A DNA stretch of 64,000 nt. It comes from Paecilomyces variotii. Taxonomy: Eukaryota. The DNA is taken from the NCBI GenBank assembly GCA_004022145.1, contig RCNU01000003.1. One strand, 5' to 3'. Positions 1 through 13,183 of the stretch are shown in pieces (the first letter of the stretch is position 1; every line of letters begins with the position of its first letter). The notes below the pieces were generated by a model, which ran no database searches, had not been told where the DNA came from, and saw nothing but the letters and a program-made list of their open reading frames with translations. Both the position numbers and the translations under genes were made by a program.

Positions 1-1074
1 TCCGTTGAGCGGTTGGCCAACGACGAGACAGAGCAAGCTGTCCTTGAGTTGATGGAATATCTTGGCCACAAGAAGATCGACGCTTTTATGGATCTTGAGA
101 TCGGTGGCGCGAACGGATTGCAAGCGTTGGCACTTAGTTCTACAAAGAACCATGGTTGCCCGGTTGTTGATGCAGACTTCATGGGTATGTTCTGTCCTCG
201 TCTCAACATATTTTGTGATTCAAAACGACGTGGACCTAAGCTTACAATGATTAATCTAGGCCGCGCTTATCCAACATACTGGCAAACCACTATCTGCATC
301 TATGAGAAGAATCCGCTGGTGCCATGCGCACTCGCTTCCGGGGATGGAAAGACTATTCTTATGACAAAGACCACTAACGATGAGATCGTTGATCGCGCTC
401 TTCGGGCTGCATGTGCAGAAATGGGCTCCCGAGTCGGGAAGGCCGCTAAACCGACGAGCAAACATAGCATCATCAACTATAGCGTCCTGAACACCGTCTC
501 CCTCGCATGGCGCATCGGTCGCACCATTGCCCGCGCAGCAGCCACTAATACCGTCAGTACTGTCGCGGAGCAGATGATCGATGAATGTGGCGGCCCTGAA
601 GCGGCCAAGATCCTGTTCCGGGGCAAGATCGTCTCTGTCGAGAGGCGTCTTTTCAAGGGCCATTCTTACGGCGAGATAACCATCCAGCAAGTGCAGAGCG
701 GTGAACAAGAAGACGTTTCGACATCGACTCCAGCCGTAGCAACTGGAGGTGTTCTCAAAATACCGTTCAAGAATGAAAACATTTACGCCAAACATGTCGC
801 AGATGATGGCACAGAGACGTACGTGGCTACTGTCCCGGATCTGATTTCGGTGCTGGACACCCAGTCTGGACGAGCCCTCGGGGTGCCTGAGTTCCGGTAC
901 GGAGTGATGGTCACCGTACTGGGCATTACTTGCTCGCCTAGGTGGACAGACACTCCTAAGGGGCTAGAGATCGGTGGGCCCGGTGCCTTTGGATATCACG
1001 ATATCCCGTATAAGCCTCTGGGGAAGTACGTTGAACCGAAAAGTGTTGTTCTGGAATACGCGGAGAAGGAGTAA
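1..1074 (+). CDS. 3' part of a hydantoinase/oxoprolinase-associated DUF917-domain protein (5' end outside window)
   Basis: Motifs LEIGGANG, DADFMG/RAYP, FKNEN, VPDLISVLD and FRYG. Intron 185-259 (GTATGT..TAG) restores DADFMGRAYP. Stop at 1072-1074. Confidence 0.75.
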   Translation, partial: SVERLANDETEQAVLELMEYLGHKKIDAFMDLEIGGANGLQALALSSTKNHGCPVVDADFMGMFCPRLNIFCDSKRRGPKLTMINLGRAYPTYWQTTICIYEKNPLVPCALASGDGKTILMTKTTNDEIVDRALRAACAEMGSRVGKAAKPTSKHSIINYSVLNTVSLAWRIGRTIARAAATNTVSTVAEQMIDECGGPEAAKILFRGKIVSVERRLFKGHSYGEITIQQVQSGEQEDVSTSTPAVATGGVLKIPFKNENIYAKHVADDGTETYVATVPDLISVLDTQSGRALGVPEFRYGVMVTVLGITCSPRWTDTPKGLEIGGPGAFGYHDIPYKPLGKYVEPKSVVLEYAEKE

Positions 1075-1971
1075 GCCACTGTGGGCTTCGTTAACGTCAT
1101 GAGATATGTTTATCTTCGATGCAATTTTGTAGAGGCAACCCATATAGTATGCTAGCTACCCTCCTGCTGTCATCAATTAACTATGGTATGAATGTTCATG
1201 AACGTCCAAGACTAGGATGATTGTATAGACAAACCACTAAGTACCATTCCCAACACAATCAGAATTTATCATTATTATCCCTTCCGTCCTGAAAACAACT
1301 AGTTACAGTATACCCTAGAAGTAATCTAATCCAAAAACTAGGGCTTATTATTACTACAACCCCCTGCATCTACGAGACAGTTAGGGCAAGAATCTATCTA
1401 TATATAAATACCTATAACCAAATAGGGCTCTCACAATCACCTGACCTGACCCGAACTATCTAACTCAAGTGTTGGCGGCGGCATGACGTAGCCGACTCGG
1501 AGCTTTCCAAGTCATCCATTACCGAATTAAGTAATATGCTCTAGTTAGTTACTTCTACGTCACCCTTGTCAGATCACCCGGATCTGAGCGCCCGTGAATG
1601 TGTCCAGATTATTAACAGAAAGAAAGAAAGAAAGAAAAACAAAAAAATGATACATAATCCGGGTTTTAGGTGGGACGGTCCCTGTTTTTATTGCATTTAT
1701 TAGAGGACAGGGAAAAGGGTTGGGGGACGCGTAAGTGAGGATCGATCTTATCCTGTCTTGCGGGGGTTTTTCTCACTAGGTTGTTTGCTGTGATTAGGTA
1801 GGTACCTAGTTGTCGTACGATCCAGGGACTGTCGTTGACAGGGATTACGTTTTGGAATAATTACCTAAATTTTCTCCCCTCCCCGTCATGACCTCATTTC
1901 GGTGGTATTTAAAGGGTAGTTGAAGCTTGGGTAAATAACCCTGGTCCAGATCCCCTGGTGAATTTAACTAA

Positions 1972-2003
1972 CTACCTTATCTACCTTATCTACCTTATCT
2001 ATC
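1972..2003. repeat. Short tandem repeat (CTACCTTAT)x~3 in the GAD 5' leader
   Basis: ctaccttat ctaccttat ctaccttat ctatc seen directly. Confidence 0.6.
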
Positions 2004-2031
2004 TTACTTGGGATTGAAAAAAACGTTAACA

Positions 2032-3960
2032 ATGTCGTTGTCACATCATGTGAGTTGTATATTCTACGTGCTTGATTACCTGCTGGTGGAAGTTAGGGGA
2101 GGTATTTATTGGAGGCTAATCACCGCGTGAGGATAGATTGATTCGGATGCAATCATCAAGGAGCTCCGGCAGGATCCGGAGAAGAGCTGGAAAAAGAATA
2201 TTCATACGGAAAATGCAGTGTCCTGCGTGACGCCTTACTCAACTCGTTATGCGAGCAAAGAGGAAATCCCCAAGTTCAAGATCCCTCGTAAAGGAGCGCC
2301 AGCGGCGGCTGTGCGTCAGATTCTGGAGGATGAATTGGATCTGGACGGAAGGCCTAATCTGAACCTCGCAAGGTGGGCAATGCGCCTGTGGATGTGGATA
2401 ATATACGATGGATGGGGTAACTAGCTAACTTGTTTCGTCAATATGTAGCTTCGTTGGCACTTACATGGAACGCGATGCGAATGCTCTCATGGCGGAGAAC
2501 ATTTCGAAGAATCTGTCGGATGCGGATGAATATCCCGCTTTGATGACAATGCACGCTCGTTGCGTGTCGATGATAGCTGATCTCTGGGGAGCTCAGCCAG
2601 GCGAGAAAGCCATTGGGTCAGCTACAGTGGGCTCCTCAGAAGCCATCCACTTAGGAGGCCTCGCGATGAAGCGCAACTGGCAGCACAAGCGGAAGGAACA
2701 GGGCAAGGATGCGTCCAAGCCAAACATTCTCATGGGCGCAAATGCTCAGGTGGCCCTTGAGAAGTTCGCTCGCTACTTTGATGTCGAGGCGAGGATCCTA
2801 GACGTGTCTGAGAAGAGCGAATTCAGACTCGATCCAGAGCTTGTGAGAAAGAACATTGATGAGAACACAATCGGTGTCTTTGTCATCCTGGGAAGTACCT
2901 ACACTGGACACTACGAGCCAGTGGAGGAGGTGTCTAAGATTCTGGACGAGTATGAAGCGGAGACTGGGCACTCTATCCCTATTCATGTGGACGGGGCTAG
3001 TGGAGGATTCATCGCGCCATTCACCCACGCTGGCGCCGGTGCGAAATGGTAATTCCCTTTATTCGTTCTGTGGCGGGATGTTTCTGACCTTGTCAGGAAC
3101 TTTGAATTACCTCGTGTCAAATCCATCAACACATCTGGTCATAAGTATGGCCTTGTCTATGCGGGAATCGGATGGATTATCTGGCGTGACAGGTCATACC
3201 TGCCCCAGGATCTGATCTTCGAGCTGCACTACCTGGGAGGCACTGAAGAAACCTATACGCTCAATTTCTCGCGTCCCGGAGCGCAGGTGATCGGGCAATA
3301 TTACAACCTGGTACACCTTGGATTCAACGGGTACCGGGAGATCATGGAGAACTGCCTGGCTAACGCACGCCTTCTGAGCAAGGCACTGGAGCGGACCGGA
3401 TGGTTCACCTGTGTCAGCGGGATCCATCGCAAGACTGCGTTCCGCGGAGTTACAGAAGCCGTCCTTCCTACGCATGGAGAGAGTTCTGCCGATTACAAAC
3501 CCGGCTTGCCCGTGGTTTCTTTCCGGCTGTCGGATGATTTCCAGAAGGAGTACCCGCATGTTAAGCAAGAGAGCATCAGCCTTCTCCTGAGAGCAAAGCA
3601 GTACATCATTCCAAGTATGTGCAGGGTCTCATCTCTTGAGCCCCAAGGGTTATTGCTGTGACTGACTGCTGACCATTTACTTGATTAGACTACCCTCTAC
3701 CACCGAAGACGGACAATATCGAGATCCTCCGCATCGTCGTGCGAGAATCGATGAGTGCAGACCTTGTCGACAGACTTATCAGTGATATTGTTGCCGTGAC
3801 TGAGAGGCTGATGGAGTCTGATGCAGTTGACCTAGCCCAGTTGCAGACCGGACCGACGTCCCTGGAGAGATCAGGTGACGGCAAGAAGCGACAAAAGAGC
3901 CATGAACGGAAGCCGGGCAAGCATCCTATGGCAAAAGGTATCCATAAATCAGTATGCTAG
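2032..3960 (+). CDS. gad1: Glutamate decarboxylase (PLP-dependent)
   Basis: Exons 2032-2049, 2137-2372, 2449-3048, 3097-3614, 3689-3960 with canonical GT-AG introns. Motifs NLASFVGTYM, GSSEAI, IHVDGASGGF and SINTSGHKYG (PLP lysine). Confidence 0.93.
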
Positions 3961-4586
3961 TGGGTGACTATGGCACTGAGAGACTTCACGTTGTGATGAC
4001 CGGTATCGGTGTTCCAGGGACTTGTAACAGCTGCAGAATGCGTGATGTCCAAAGGCGCTAGTTATCGTTGACATGTTAGCTAGTAGCAGAGAAGTCCCCA
4101 AAATGAGAGACGCTTTCCTTTTCCCAGATATTGGTACCGTCTAGTTTGAGCGGCGGTGGAGGTTAGCTTCCGGACAACGCTGTGGCTAGAGTGCGCGCTT
4201 GCTGCAGCATGTATAGAGCCAGAAAGCCGGTAAAAGCTTGGCCTGGAACCCGTATAGGTTCAAATACGGACGTAGAGCTTCCAGCTTGACGAACGACTCG
4301 ATTGAGGGGACTGCGTCCATCTGTATCCTCCAATAGCCGTAGCGTCCGCCTCTTTGGAACGGCGGTCGAGACCATCGCGGACCTCGTGATGCCCCGTATC
4401 CTGCGTCAAACCACGTAGACTAGTGAGAATCTTTACGCATCTTCGGGGAACAGAACGGCAGAACGATACCAATCGGCCATAGTTTTCTCCCCAAGCGCTG
4501 TAAGGCACTGCAAGCATTGTCCCTGACGTGTCGATCACATGGCTCTTACCTGGTGCTTGTTTAGGGGGAAAGGGCGTTTTATGTAG

Positions 4587-4612
4587 GTAATAGTAATAGT
4601 AGTAGTAGTAGA
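4587..4612. repeat. (TAG/TAA)n trinucleotide microsatellite
   Basis: gtaatagtaatagtagtagtagtag; this explains the poly-Tyr/poly-Thr runs in spurious ORFs. Confidence 0.7.
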
Positions 4613-5840
4613 GAGGACAAAAGGCCAAACCGGTGCGGAGGTGTTCTTCGCGAGGAGAAATTTGCCATTGTCGCATCTGAAAAGGGAAATACAGAGAGCA
4701 TGTGACCGGGAAGTAGAGGGAAGAGGCAAGAGACAAGGATTGGGATTGACAAGAGAGGGGTTGAAAAAGCGATCTGTCAGTGCGTTGCGGGGGATGTTAC
4801 TTACCTACTTATACCACTCTGTAGATCGCGGGCGGGAGTGACTTACCCGTGGCAAGAGCTATGTAGTTAGACAGGTGATGTAGAAAGCGTAGAACTTTTA
4901 TGACTTTGAAGAGACGAAGAACGGGACAGTAGATCAGCATATGATGATCAGTAATATAACCAAACACTATTTAAATATTTGTGTAGAGCATCACTCGAAT
5001 GGTTCTGTTATCAACCTTGCAGGGAGGTCGCAGAGAGAAAGTACGGGCTTATCTCTGGTCGGTCCGATACTTACTTACTTATCAGCCTCCTCGAGTGTGT
5101 TCCATCTGGGATAATTTGCATCTGGTGTGCTGGAGATGCATCTGCTTGCCACAGAGCAAGATCTCGATCTCTGTTGAGTGATCTGACGGATTGATTGACA
5201 GTTGAGATCAGCTTGTTCCCCAGAGTCCCATCCACGTCAGCTGGGACTGGCCATCAAGTATTAGCTGTTAGCTCTCGCTTTCAATCAGAACGCCTCTTGA
5301 ATCAGCAGGCAGACCATTGGACGGGAGAACAGCCGGAGAGACAAGCGCCATTACAAGGGAGTGTTGCCCTGCCCGTCTTTCGCTCCTCCCAACTGCCATC
5401 CAGCGACAGTGACTGAACAAGAACTAGGAATCCATCATCCTAGACGATCGTCCAAGTCAAGTGTCAAGCAAGTCAAGTCAAGTCAAATATCATCCCAAAC
5501 GGTGGGAGCGGATGGATCGGCGAAATCCTCGAGCGCCAATTCGATCGAGCATCCCCGCAAGCTGCTGGCTAGTGGGAAGTTCTTATCATTCCCGATGTCT
5601 CCTCCGCCCTGATAAAAACAGTTCGACGACTTGGCTTTATCTATGCCTCTATCGCTTCTTTGTCATACTTACCTCCATCGTCCTTCTTGCAGCGCCCCGT
5701 CTTTATCAAAAAACACACCTCTCGCTCTTTTCCCTCCCCTTCGCCTTTCCCTTTCCATCCCGTTCCCCTTCTATATCCCCTCCCATGTCTGATCCTCCTA
5801 GTGGGTCGATGCCATCTCTCCAGGTCACGATTAGCTGGGC

Positions 5841-8452
5841 ATGGAAACCATCAAAATCCCCTCGCCGTCCGCCTTTCTAGATCCCCCATCCTTGAGCCCG
5901 TCTCGTGGCCAGTCTGCCAAGAAGCCTGTCTCTAAGCAACCCTCCCCGCCCTCTGCCTCCAAACAGCCGCTGGGCAATGCGATCACATCGACTGGACTCA
6001 ATAAACCCAAACAGTCCAAGAGCCGTAATGGTATGATCCTGTAGATGGTGTTCATCATCCATGCAGTCCTGCATCGAAGGAAAAAAGAAAGGCAAAAGAC
6101 TGAAAAAAAAGAAAAGAAATGAAAAAGAAAAAAGAAAAAGGAAATAGAAAACAAGAGCTGACTGTGTGACCTCGCAGGCTGCATTACGTGCAAGACAAAG
6201 CGGCTGAAATGCGATGAGACCAAGCCTACCTGTCTGCAATGTCACAAACGGAACGTCGAGTGTGGAGGCTACAAGAAAGACTTCAAATGGCGTCCGTTCG
6301 AAGAATCCAATTTCGTGACCAAGTCGGCCCCCCGACCAAAGAAAGGTAAGCACCCCCGTGTTGTATAGTTAATAGGCCACGGTGATTGACAGTCAAACTA
6401 AGTAACCACCACGAATACTTCCTTGAGTAGCAGCGCTCCGGCCCATATTCCAAACCCGTCTGCACATGGGTCAGCATCGCCAGCTGGGAGCGGAAGGGAT
6501 ACGCCCTTGACGTCGCCGTCATTTAACCATCCGTTGCCTCTTGCCAGTCCAACCTTTGGCATTGATGGATCGCCACCGACAGGTTCCAGTCTGCCTGCAG
6601 ACCCTCTGCATGTCTCGCGCTCGAGTACGGAATTCAGTGCACGGACATTCCCTGAGCACACTTCCGATGATATCTTCTCTACTGGCCGAGATCCGCTGCA
6701 ACCTGAGCTAGGAGGCTTAGGTATTCTGGAACCGGGTGACGACCTATCTGATCTGATGTTCTCTAGTCCTGGTATGGATGTAGATGGGACAAATCAGTCG
6801 ATACCTTTCCAGATCGGCAGCATGAGTTTCTCTGAATTCCTGGAAGACGAAAATGCGGATATAGAAGAGGTAGTTCGACAGTCGGAACCAGGACTTGTGA
6901 TCTGGCCTCCTCGCGATGCTACTCAGAGCCAGCAGTCGTCAGCACCGGCTGTAGACGCCACTGTGCTTTTTCGACAGCCAGATTTGGGCTGCGGAAGCCC
7001 TGAGATGCTCGTTGTTCGTTTTGATAAGCGCACCTGCGGCATCCTCTCCGTGAAGGACGGGGCTTCCGAGAATCCTTGGAGGACGGCGGTTTGGCCACTA
7101 GCAAAGGACTCCCCAGCGTTGTATCATGCACTATTTGCTCTCACGGCCTTCCATTCGTCTAAAGAGAATCCCACCTTCCGGGTTCAGGGCGTGGAGCACA
7201 TGCGAAAGAGTATCCTCTACATGGTTCAGGGTATCTCGAACATGAGGACGGATGCTGCATTGGCCACGACGCTTGCTCTCGCATTTGCTGAATCCTGGGA
7301 CAGACATACGTCGACTGGGATCCAACATCTTCGTGGTGCGAAAGCGTTAGTGTCTCAGGCGCTCAGGGGCCGGGCCAGAACTGAACGTCATGCAGATGAT
7401 CTCGCAAGGTTACGCTTTCTTTACAATACATGGGTCTACATGGATGTAATAGCGAGACTGACCTCTTTGGATGGGGGTGGAAGGGAAGAAATAGACATTT
7501 CACCTTTTGCAATGCCATCCAATGCTGTCCACGAGATCGATCCTCTCATGGGGTGTGCCAGCACGCTATTCCCTCTCATTGGCCGTGCTGCCAACCTTAT
7601 CCAAAGAGTAAGAACGAGTGAAAGCAACTCGATTGCTATCATCTCCCAGGCCATTGAACTTAAGACCCTCATTGAACAATGGGAGCCTCCGCAGTTCTTC
7701 GAGCCTCCCGAGGACCCGACTTCGGATGTGCAACACAGCTACCAGTCCGCACAGGCTTACCGTTGGGCGACTCTGCTGTATCTGCACCAGGCTGTTCCAG
7801 AGATACCCTCCGAGTCATGTGCAGATCTAGCAAAGAGAGTGCTCATCCTCTTAGCGACGGTGCCGCTGAGTTCTCGGACGACGATTATCCATATATATCC
7901 GCTCTTGGCGGCCAGCTGCGAAGCAGATACGCAGGAGGATCGAGAGTGGATAATGGAACGGTGGTCAGCGATGCAAAACCGGCTGATGATTGGAAATATT
8001 GATCGGTGCTTGGAGGTCGTTCGGGAGGTATGGAGCAGACGTGATGCGTACGAGGCAGAAAAACAACGTCGGCAGCGGAGGTTTCCTGCGCGGGCGGGCT
8101 CTTATGTTGCACCCGTTGATACGATGAAAAGGAAATCTTCGCATGGTCCCCCAATGGGCGGTGACCCGGATGTAAGCGGTTTCTATGGACTCACGGAGCC
8201 GTGGAAGAAGAGAGCTGTGAATGCGACGGGAGATACCCCTATGACGCTGTCTACACCAAGTTCAAGGCGTTCGTCAGTTGCCTCACCACTGGATAACATT
8301 GAGTTCGAGAAAACCGTCCGGGGAAGGTTACACTGGATAACCGTTATGCGAGACTGGAACTGGGAAGGTAGGAATTTAATTCAATATTATTCTCATTTCT
8401 CGTTTCTGAACCAGGAAAACTAATAGTGGACACCGCAGTGCTTCTCGGATGA
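5841..8452 (+). CDS. Zn(II)2Cys6 transcription factor with C-terminal fungal-specific TF domain (OefC-like)
   Basis: Exons 5841-6030, 6178-6345, 6403-8367, 8439-8452. Spliced KSRNG-CITCKTKRLKCDETKPTCLQCHKRNVECGGY is a complete C6 cluster. Domain motifs ENPWR, DVIARLT and IDPLMG. Confidence 0.88.
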
Positions 8453-11402
8453 ACAACAAAAACAATACAACCTCATATGCTACTGTCGTTTCTGTGACGA
8501 AGCTGCCGTCTTTGCAGTCTGTCCTTGGTTGCGGCTCGTGCTTTCGTGCGATTCGTACCCGGAATCTCTCTGGTCGGGCTTCCGTGCATCATTGATCCTG
8601 GGCTGTAGATTCGCCTTGGGTATGTATGAGAGGGATGTTGTCTCGCGTATTTCCGGTGCATTCTCTCGAGTAAGATATGAACGAAGTGATGCTAGGTACG
8701 GCTCCAGGTCGGCTGTAACGGATACCGTAGCCATGGTCAAGAATATATCAACGAATTATGCGAAATTTTGAGATTTTGAGAAATTGTGCTTTTGTCGATA
8801 TCGATACGGACCTGTGGTTGGCGTCGCGTGAATTTGTTTTTGGAAAAACCGGTGTCGCTCTCGAATATGCCCGTCTATCCTTTTGGAGTCTATCTGTTTA
8901 TTAGCGTGGATGGTTCTGGAGCGCTTAGGGAATCATGATATTTCTGGATGAAACGGCCAGACCAGGCTCTGGGGAAGGCATGTACGGACTTCTCTTGTAT
9001 ATTGCAATAGCGCTTTGGGCTTTGGACGGATGATTTTTTGTTGCAAAGGGCGTAGGCTTCTTCCTGTCTCTTGTCCGCTTTTGGATCCTTCTGTGTCGCT
9101 TGGGTAGAGAATTGGTGCGTTGGGGAACTGGCCGATAGTTCTGTTGACGAGTAACACGACTTGTACCGGTATTTTGGGAGTAGGGTCGCAAGGGTCGCAA
9201 GGTTGGCTTCGCTATTCGAGCTGAATTTGGCTGAGCTACTCAAGTCTTTGATTTGCCGGGATGATACAAGCAGTTGCCTGGCGTCTACTTGTCCGTTACG
9301 TCTTCAGCAGCGCATGTGCAACGTCACAATTGACTCTTGGTCTGGCGGACAGTATTGGTTCCCTTGGACATGTAACGTCTTGAAAAAGGGCGATATTGAA
9401 AATCGATATTTTCAACTGGTCACAGCGACGACTGTTGAGTCTTGATGTGACCTCGCAATCGCAGTAATCGAACGTTTGTTTTATCACCTGGACGTTTCGA
9501 TTCTGCTATGGTTTCTTTATTCGAGAGAGCCAGGTTCACTTCCAGTTGAATCTCCCGCGTCTGTAAGTTCCTCCCTGGAAATTCCGAGCTCTTTCTGCGG
9601 GGACGATGATGGTGGAAATCGGCATTTGGCGGTCGAATGGGTCGTCAATAGCGGAGTGCGGTTCACTGGAACAAGTTGGATCTGGATCTGGTATTCCACA
9701 GGTGAATAATGGACCGCTGAAATGAGATGATATACAAGAGATAACCTGTCGTTGAAGACCTAATGCGTTCGACGGACTGTCGATTAAATGTCCATTCGAG
9801 AAACTCGGTGTGGTATCGTGCACTGGAGACGAAGAGAACGATATTTTGTCTGTCTGCACCTTTCTTTTCCTGGTAGGGTGGAGAAGAAGGCCGCCGATGT
9901 CTTATGGAGAGAATCGACGGTCGACTGAGGTAAGAGCCTTGCTTTCAGACGTGATCCGCGATCCCAGACAATACGTGTACCGGTTTGGATTTCGCAACTC
10001 TTTGGAGACAAGTTGCGGAATGCGGACGATGTACGAAGCTCAGAGCGTCAGGTTGGATATTTTTGACGCTTCTGGCGGATAAAGCTGAATGAAGCGGGGT
10101 ATTGAATGAGGGGGGGGGGGCTGAATAATAATAATAGTCGACCGGCTTGTTTTTTTCTTTTCTGTAAAGGTAAAGAAGACCTATTATTGACTTATATTAG
10201 ACGTGAGCGCCCAGACTGTGAAGCAGCTAAGTGTGAACCGGTTCGAAAAGTCGATTGGACAAGCCAAATTTCTGCAGACGTATCCGTATCCCGGGTTTCT
10301 CCACACGGCGGTCAGCTCCTCGAAGAAGATGGGACACGTTGGTCCTTTTTTCTTATGTTGACGCGATGGCGGGGAGGAAAAACGTCAACCCCATTCAGCT
10401 AGTTACCATCTAATTATTCCTGTTGAGTAGACTACCGGGTGAATGGTATGGTTTTAAGTATATGACCTACGTCCAGTCGTGAGAGTATATCGTACGAGCA
10501 GAAATTCCATGAAACCGAAAGATTGTCAGGTGAAGATGGAAGTCTTTCTTCCCGGTCCCCGGGAAGGGGATAGAATTACGACTACTAACTAACTATTTCT
10601 CTCATTCTACCTACCTACCTAGGTAGCTACCGATTTCTCGCGTGATCTCGCTTCTAACTATCCGTAGACTTAGGACTAGTCTACCGGAAGAAAAGCAGGA
10701 TTTCAGGTTGAGAAATGCTCGAAGCCAAGATACACTAGGGACGTATTAAGTAAGGTATTAGGCGGGTGAGTTGGGCCGTTGTGTCTACGTTACTCGCTTT
10801 CCTCATGTGAGAAGGTTGCTTCTATGTAAAATTATTAGCTTCTGGATCTGGGCAGTGATGAACGAGGGTATTAACTAATTATTATTATTATTATTATTAT
10901 GTTGGGGGATGTCCACTTGAGAATGATTTATGGTAATTAGTTGGACTAGTTAAATAGTCGAGTAGAAAAGCGATAGCAGACACTGACTGGGTAATGAGAT
11001 ATCAAGTCCCATGAGGCAGTCTGGGGAACTGCAAGCATCAAAGGCAAGAAAAACAACAATAATAATCACGGTAAAGAAAGACGAGAAAAAATAAAAACTC
11101 AACAATATCTCGATATCCCCGATCCGAACTCATATGAGAAAATCAAATATGGTAGACGGGAACGAGGGTAGAAAAAAAAAGGTTTTGTTAGATCTTGATG
11201 TTTGGAGTAAACGAATGCGGACAACTAATCTCTTGTCGGGCACGTTTTGCGGGATTCGACGCTAAACCGTATTGGGGAAAAGTTTCCCCGGGTTATTTAA
11301 CTGAGTAGGAAGCGGATAATATTAATAATAAGAATAATAATACCGAGGTATGATGCAGAGATGGGCTCGCATTTAGATGCTTATATGAGAAGGAGTGGTG
11401 AT

Positions 11403-11439
<37 letters not shown>

Positions 11440-12657
11440 GAATTTGACGATGATGGAATTACTGTCGATGTTGAGCAGCGGACGGAAAGTGTGTGTCATG
11501 AATCATGATGTACTTAAGACTGCCGCCTTTTATCTGAGTAGGGATTTAATTTAGCTGATCATGAACCAATAACTAACAGAACCATGATAGCAGATACAAA
11601 AAAAAAGAAAGGTGACAGAGGTGTAGATCGAACAATACTCCATCTACATTACCTTCTTCTCTCATTATTACTATCCAAGGGTCTCGTCTAGTTTATCAAT
11701 AATTATACCCATTTAAGATTACTTTTACAGCTAACTTACTTATCACCCCGCTCTTGATAAGTACATACCCAGGGTACATACTGTAATTCTGCCCCTCATG
11801 GTAGATCCAGTTCAGCTTATCTATTACCCCACTGTAGAGCAGAATAGAATGAGAATGGCTCTATCTTCATTCACATCTCCTGCCTACGGGATTGTTCCTG
11901 AGCGGGGGAGAGGAATACAGTAAGGAGAGGCAATTGATTCCTGTATCTGAATAATCAATAGGATAGTTAATCTAGTTAGCCCAACTGCCCCCCTTTTTGT
12001 GAAACTACTTCCCCCCCCTCCTCCTCTTTCCTTTGTAAGCAATTCGCATCTACACACCGGATACAGTGTCTGCTTGCGTTTGGGACACTCGCGATAATGG
12101 ATTTGATCACTGAGCGGGGGGGGAACTCGATCTGGCGATTTGATGCTTTCGTAGGGTAGTTTTACGCACTTGCGTTTGATTCTGTGAGATATGATAAAGG
12201 TGTAGGGGTTTTTTGTGAGTATTTAAACCGGTGCGTGGATGATGCGGTTTGTAGTGGATTGTTAAAGTACTGTTTCTTTTTTAAACCTGCATCTCATTCG
12301 AGTTCCGTTCTGGGTCTGCATATTTTTTGTGACCTGTTGCAGGTGATCTACTGTAAGTGATTGAGATTTTCTATCTATCCTATTATCGTGAAGAGGGTTA
12401 TCTGGTTTTTTTTTTTTTTTGGTTTGATCGTCCTGTGTGAGTGTATGAGAGAGGAGGTTGGACTGTATTTAATTGTCTGAGTGTGTCTCCTTCTTTGTCT
12501 GGATGATTTTCTGTGTGAGCTGGTATATGTTATTGTGCTCTCGCTATCGGTGGAGTCTTGTCATTCAGGATCTACTTGAAAAGGATCGCAGCTGACTATG
12601 GGTGCTCTCCTCAGTCGTGTTTCCAAGACATCATCATCGTCATCCTCGACCGAAAAA

Positions 12658-13183
12658 ATGGCTCCCGTTGCTTTCAGCTACTATGCCCAGGCTCAGTCCA
12701 ACTTCAAGCCGCCGCTGATCGCTAACAACAATGCTTTCCTGGGCGATGTTTTCTCGAGGTGAATATCTCTCTTCTCTTAACGTTTCCGATGCAGGACAGG
12801 ATGGGATGATACTGATGAGCGCGAATGTGATAGCGAGAAGGAGAACCCCGACAAGCCCATGTCAGCCGGCCTGTACCGACTCGAGAAGGGCGAACCTCTC
12901 GTCTACGAGTACACTTACGATGAGCTGAAGATCATCCTCGAGGGCGAATACAACATCTCGGACGAGACCGGCCAGACGGTCAAGGCTAAGCCCGGAGACG
13001 TCTTCTACTTCCCCAAGGGCACCAAGATCACTTTCACTACCGAGACTTACGGCTTGTCGTTCTACGTGAGTGCTCTGATATGTCTTTTTGGATCGTCGTT
13101 TCCCCTTTTGTCTCCAAATTGAAAATCATACTGACGATCTTGGTGCAAAACAGTGCGGCCAGCGCAAGAAGGATGCTGCTTAA
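12658..13183 (+). CDS. Small cupin, EutQ/DUF861-like
   Basis: Exons 12658-12758, 12834-13065, 13154-13183. Motifs MSAGLYRL, YTYDELKIILEG, AKPGDVFYFPKG. ATG lies in an AAAATGG context. Confidence 0.85.

Noticed and set aside
4163-5840. Short ORFs including a poly-Tyr run upstream of the C6 factor
   Set aside because: They arise from microsatellites and pyrimidine-rich leader sequence.
8473-10402. Cluster of 60-117 aa ORFs on both strands
   Set aside because: No recognisable motifs or consistent splice pattern; treated as intergenic or UTR, though a decayed gene cannot be excluded.
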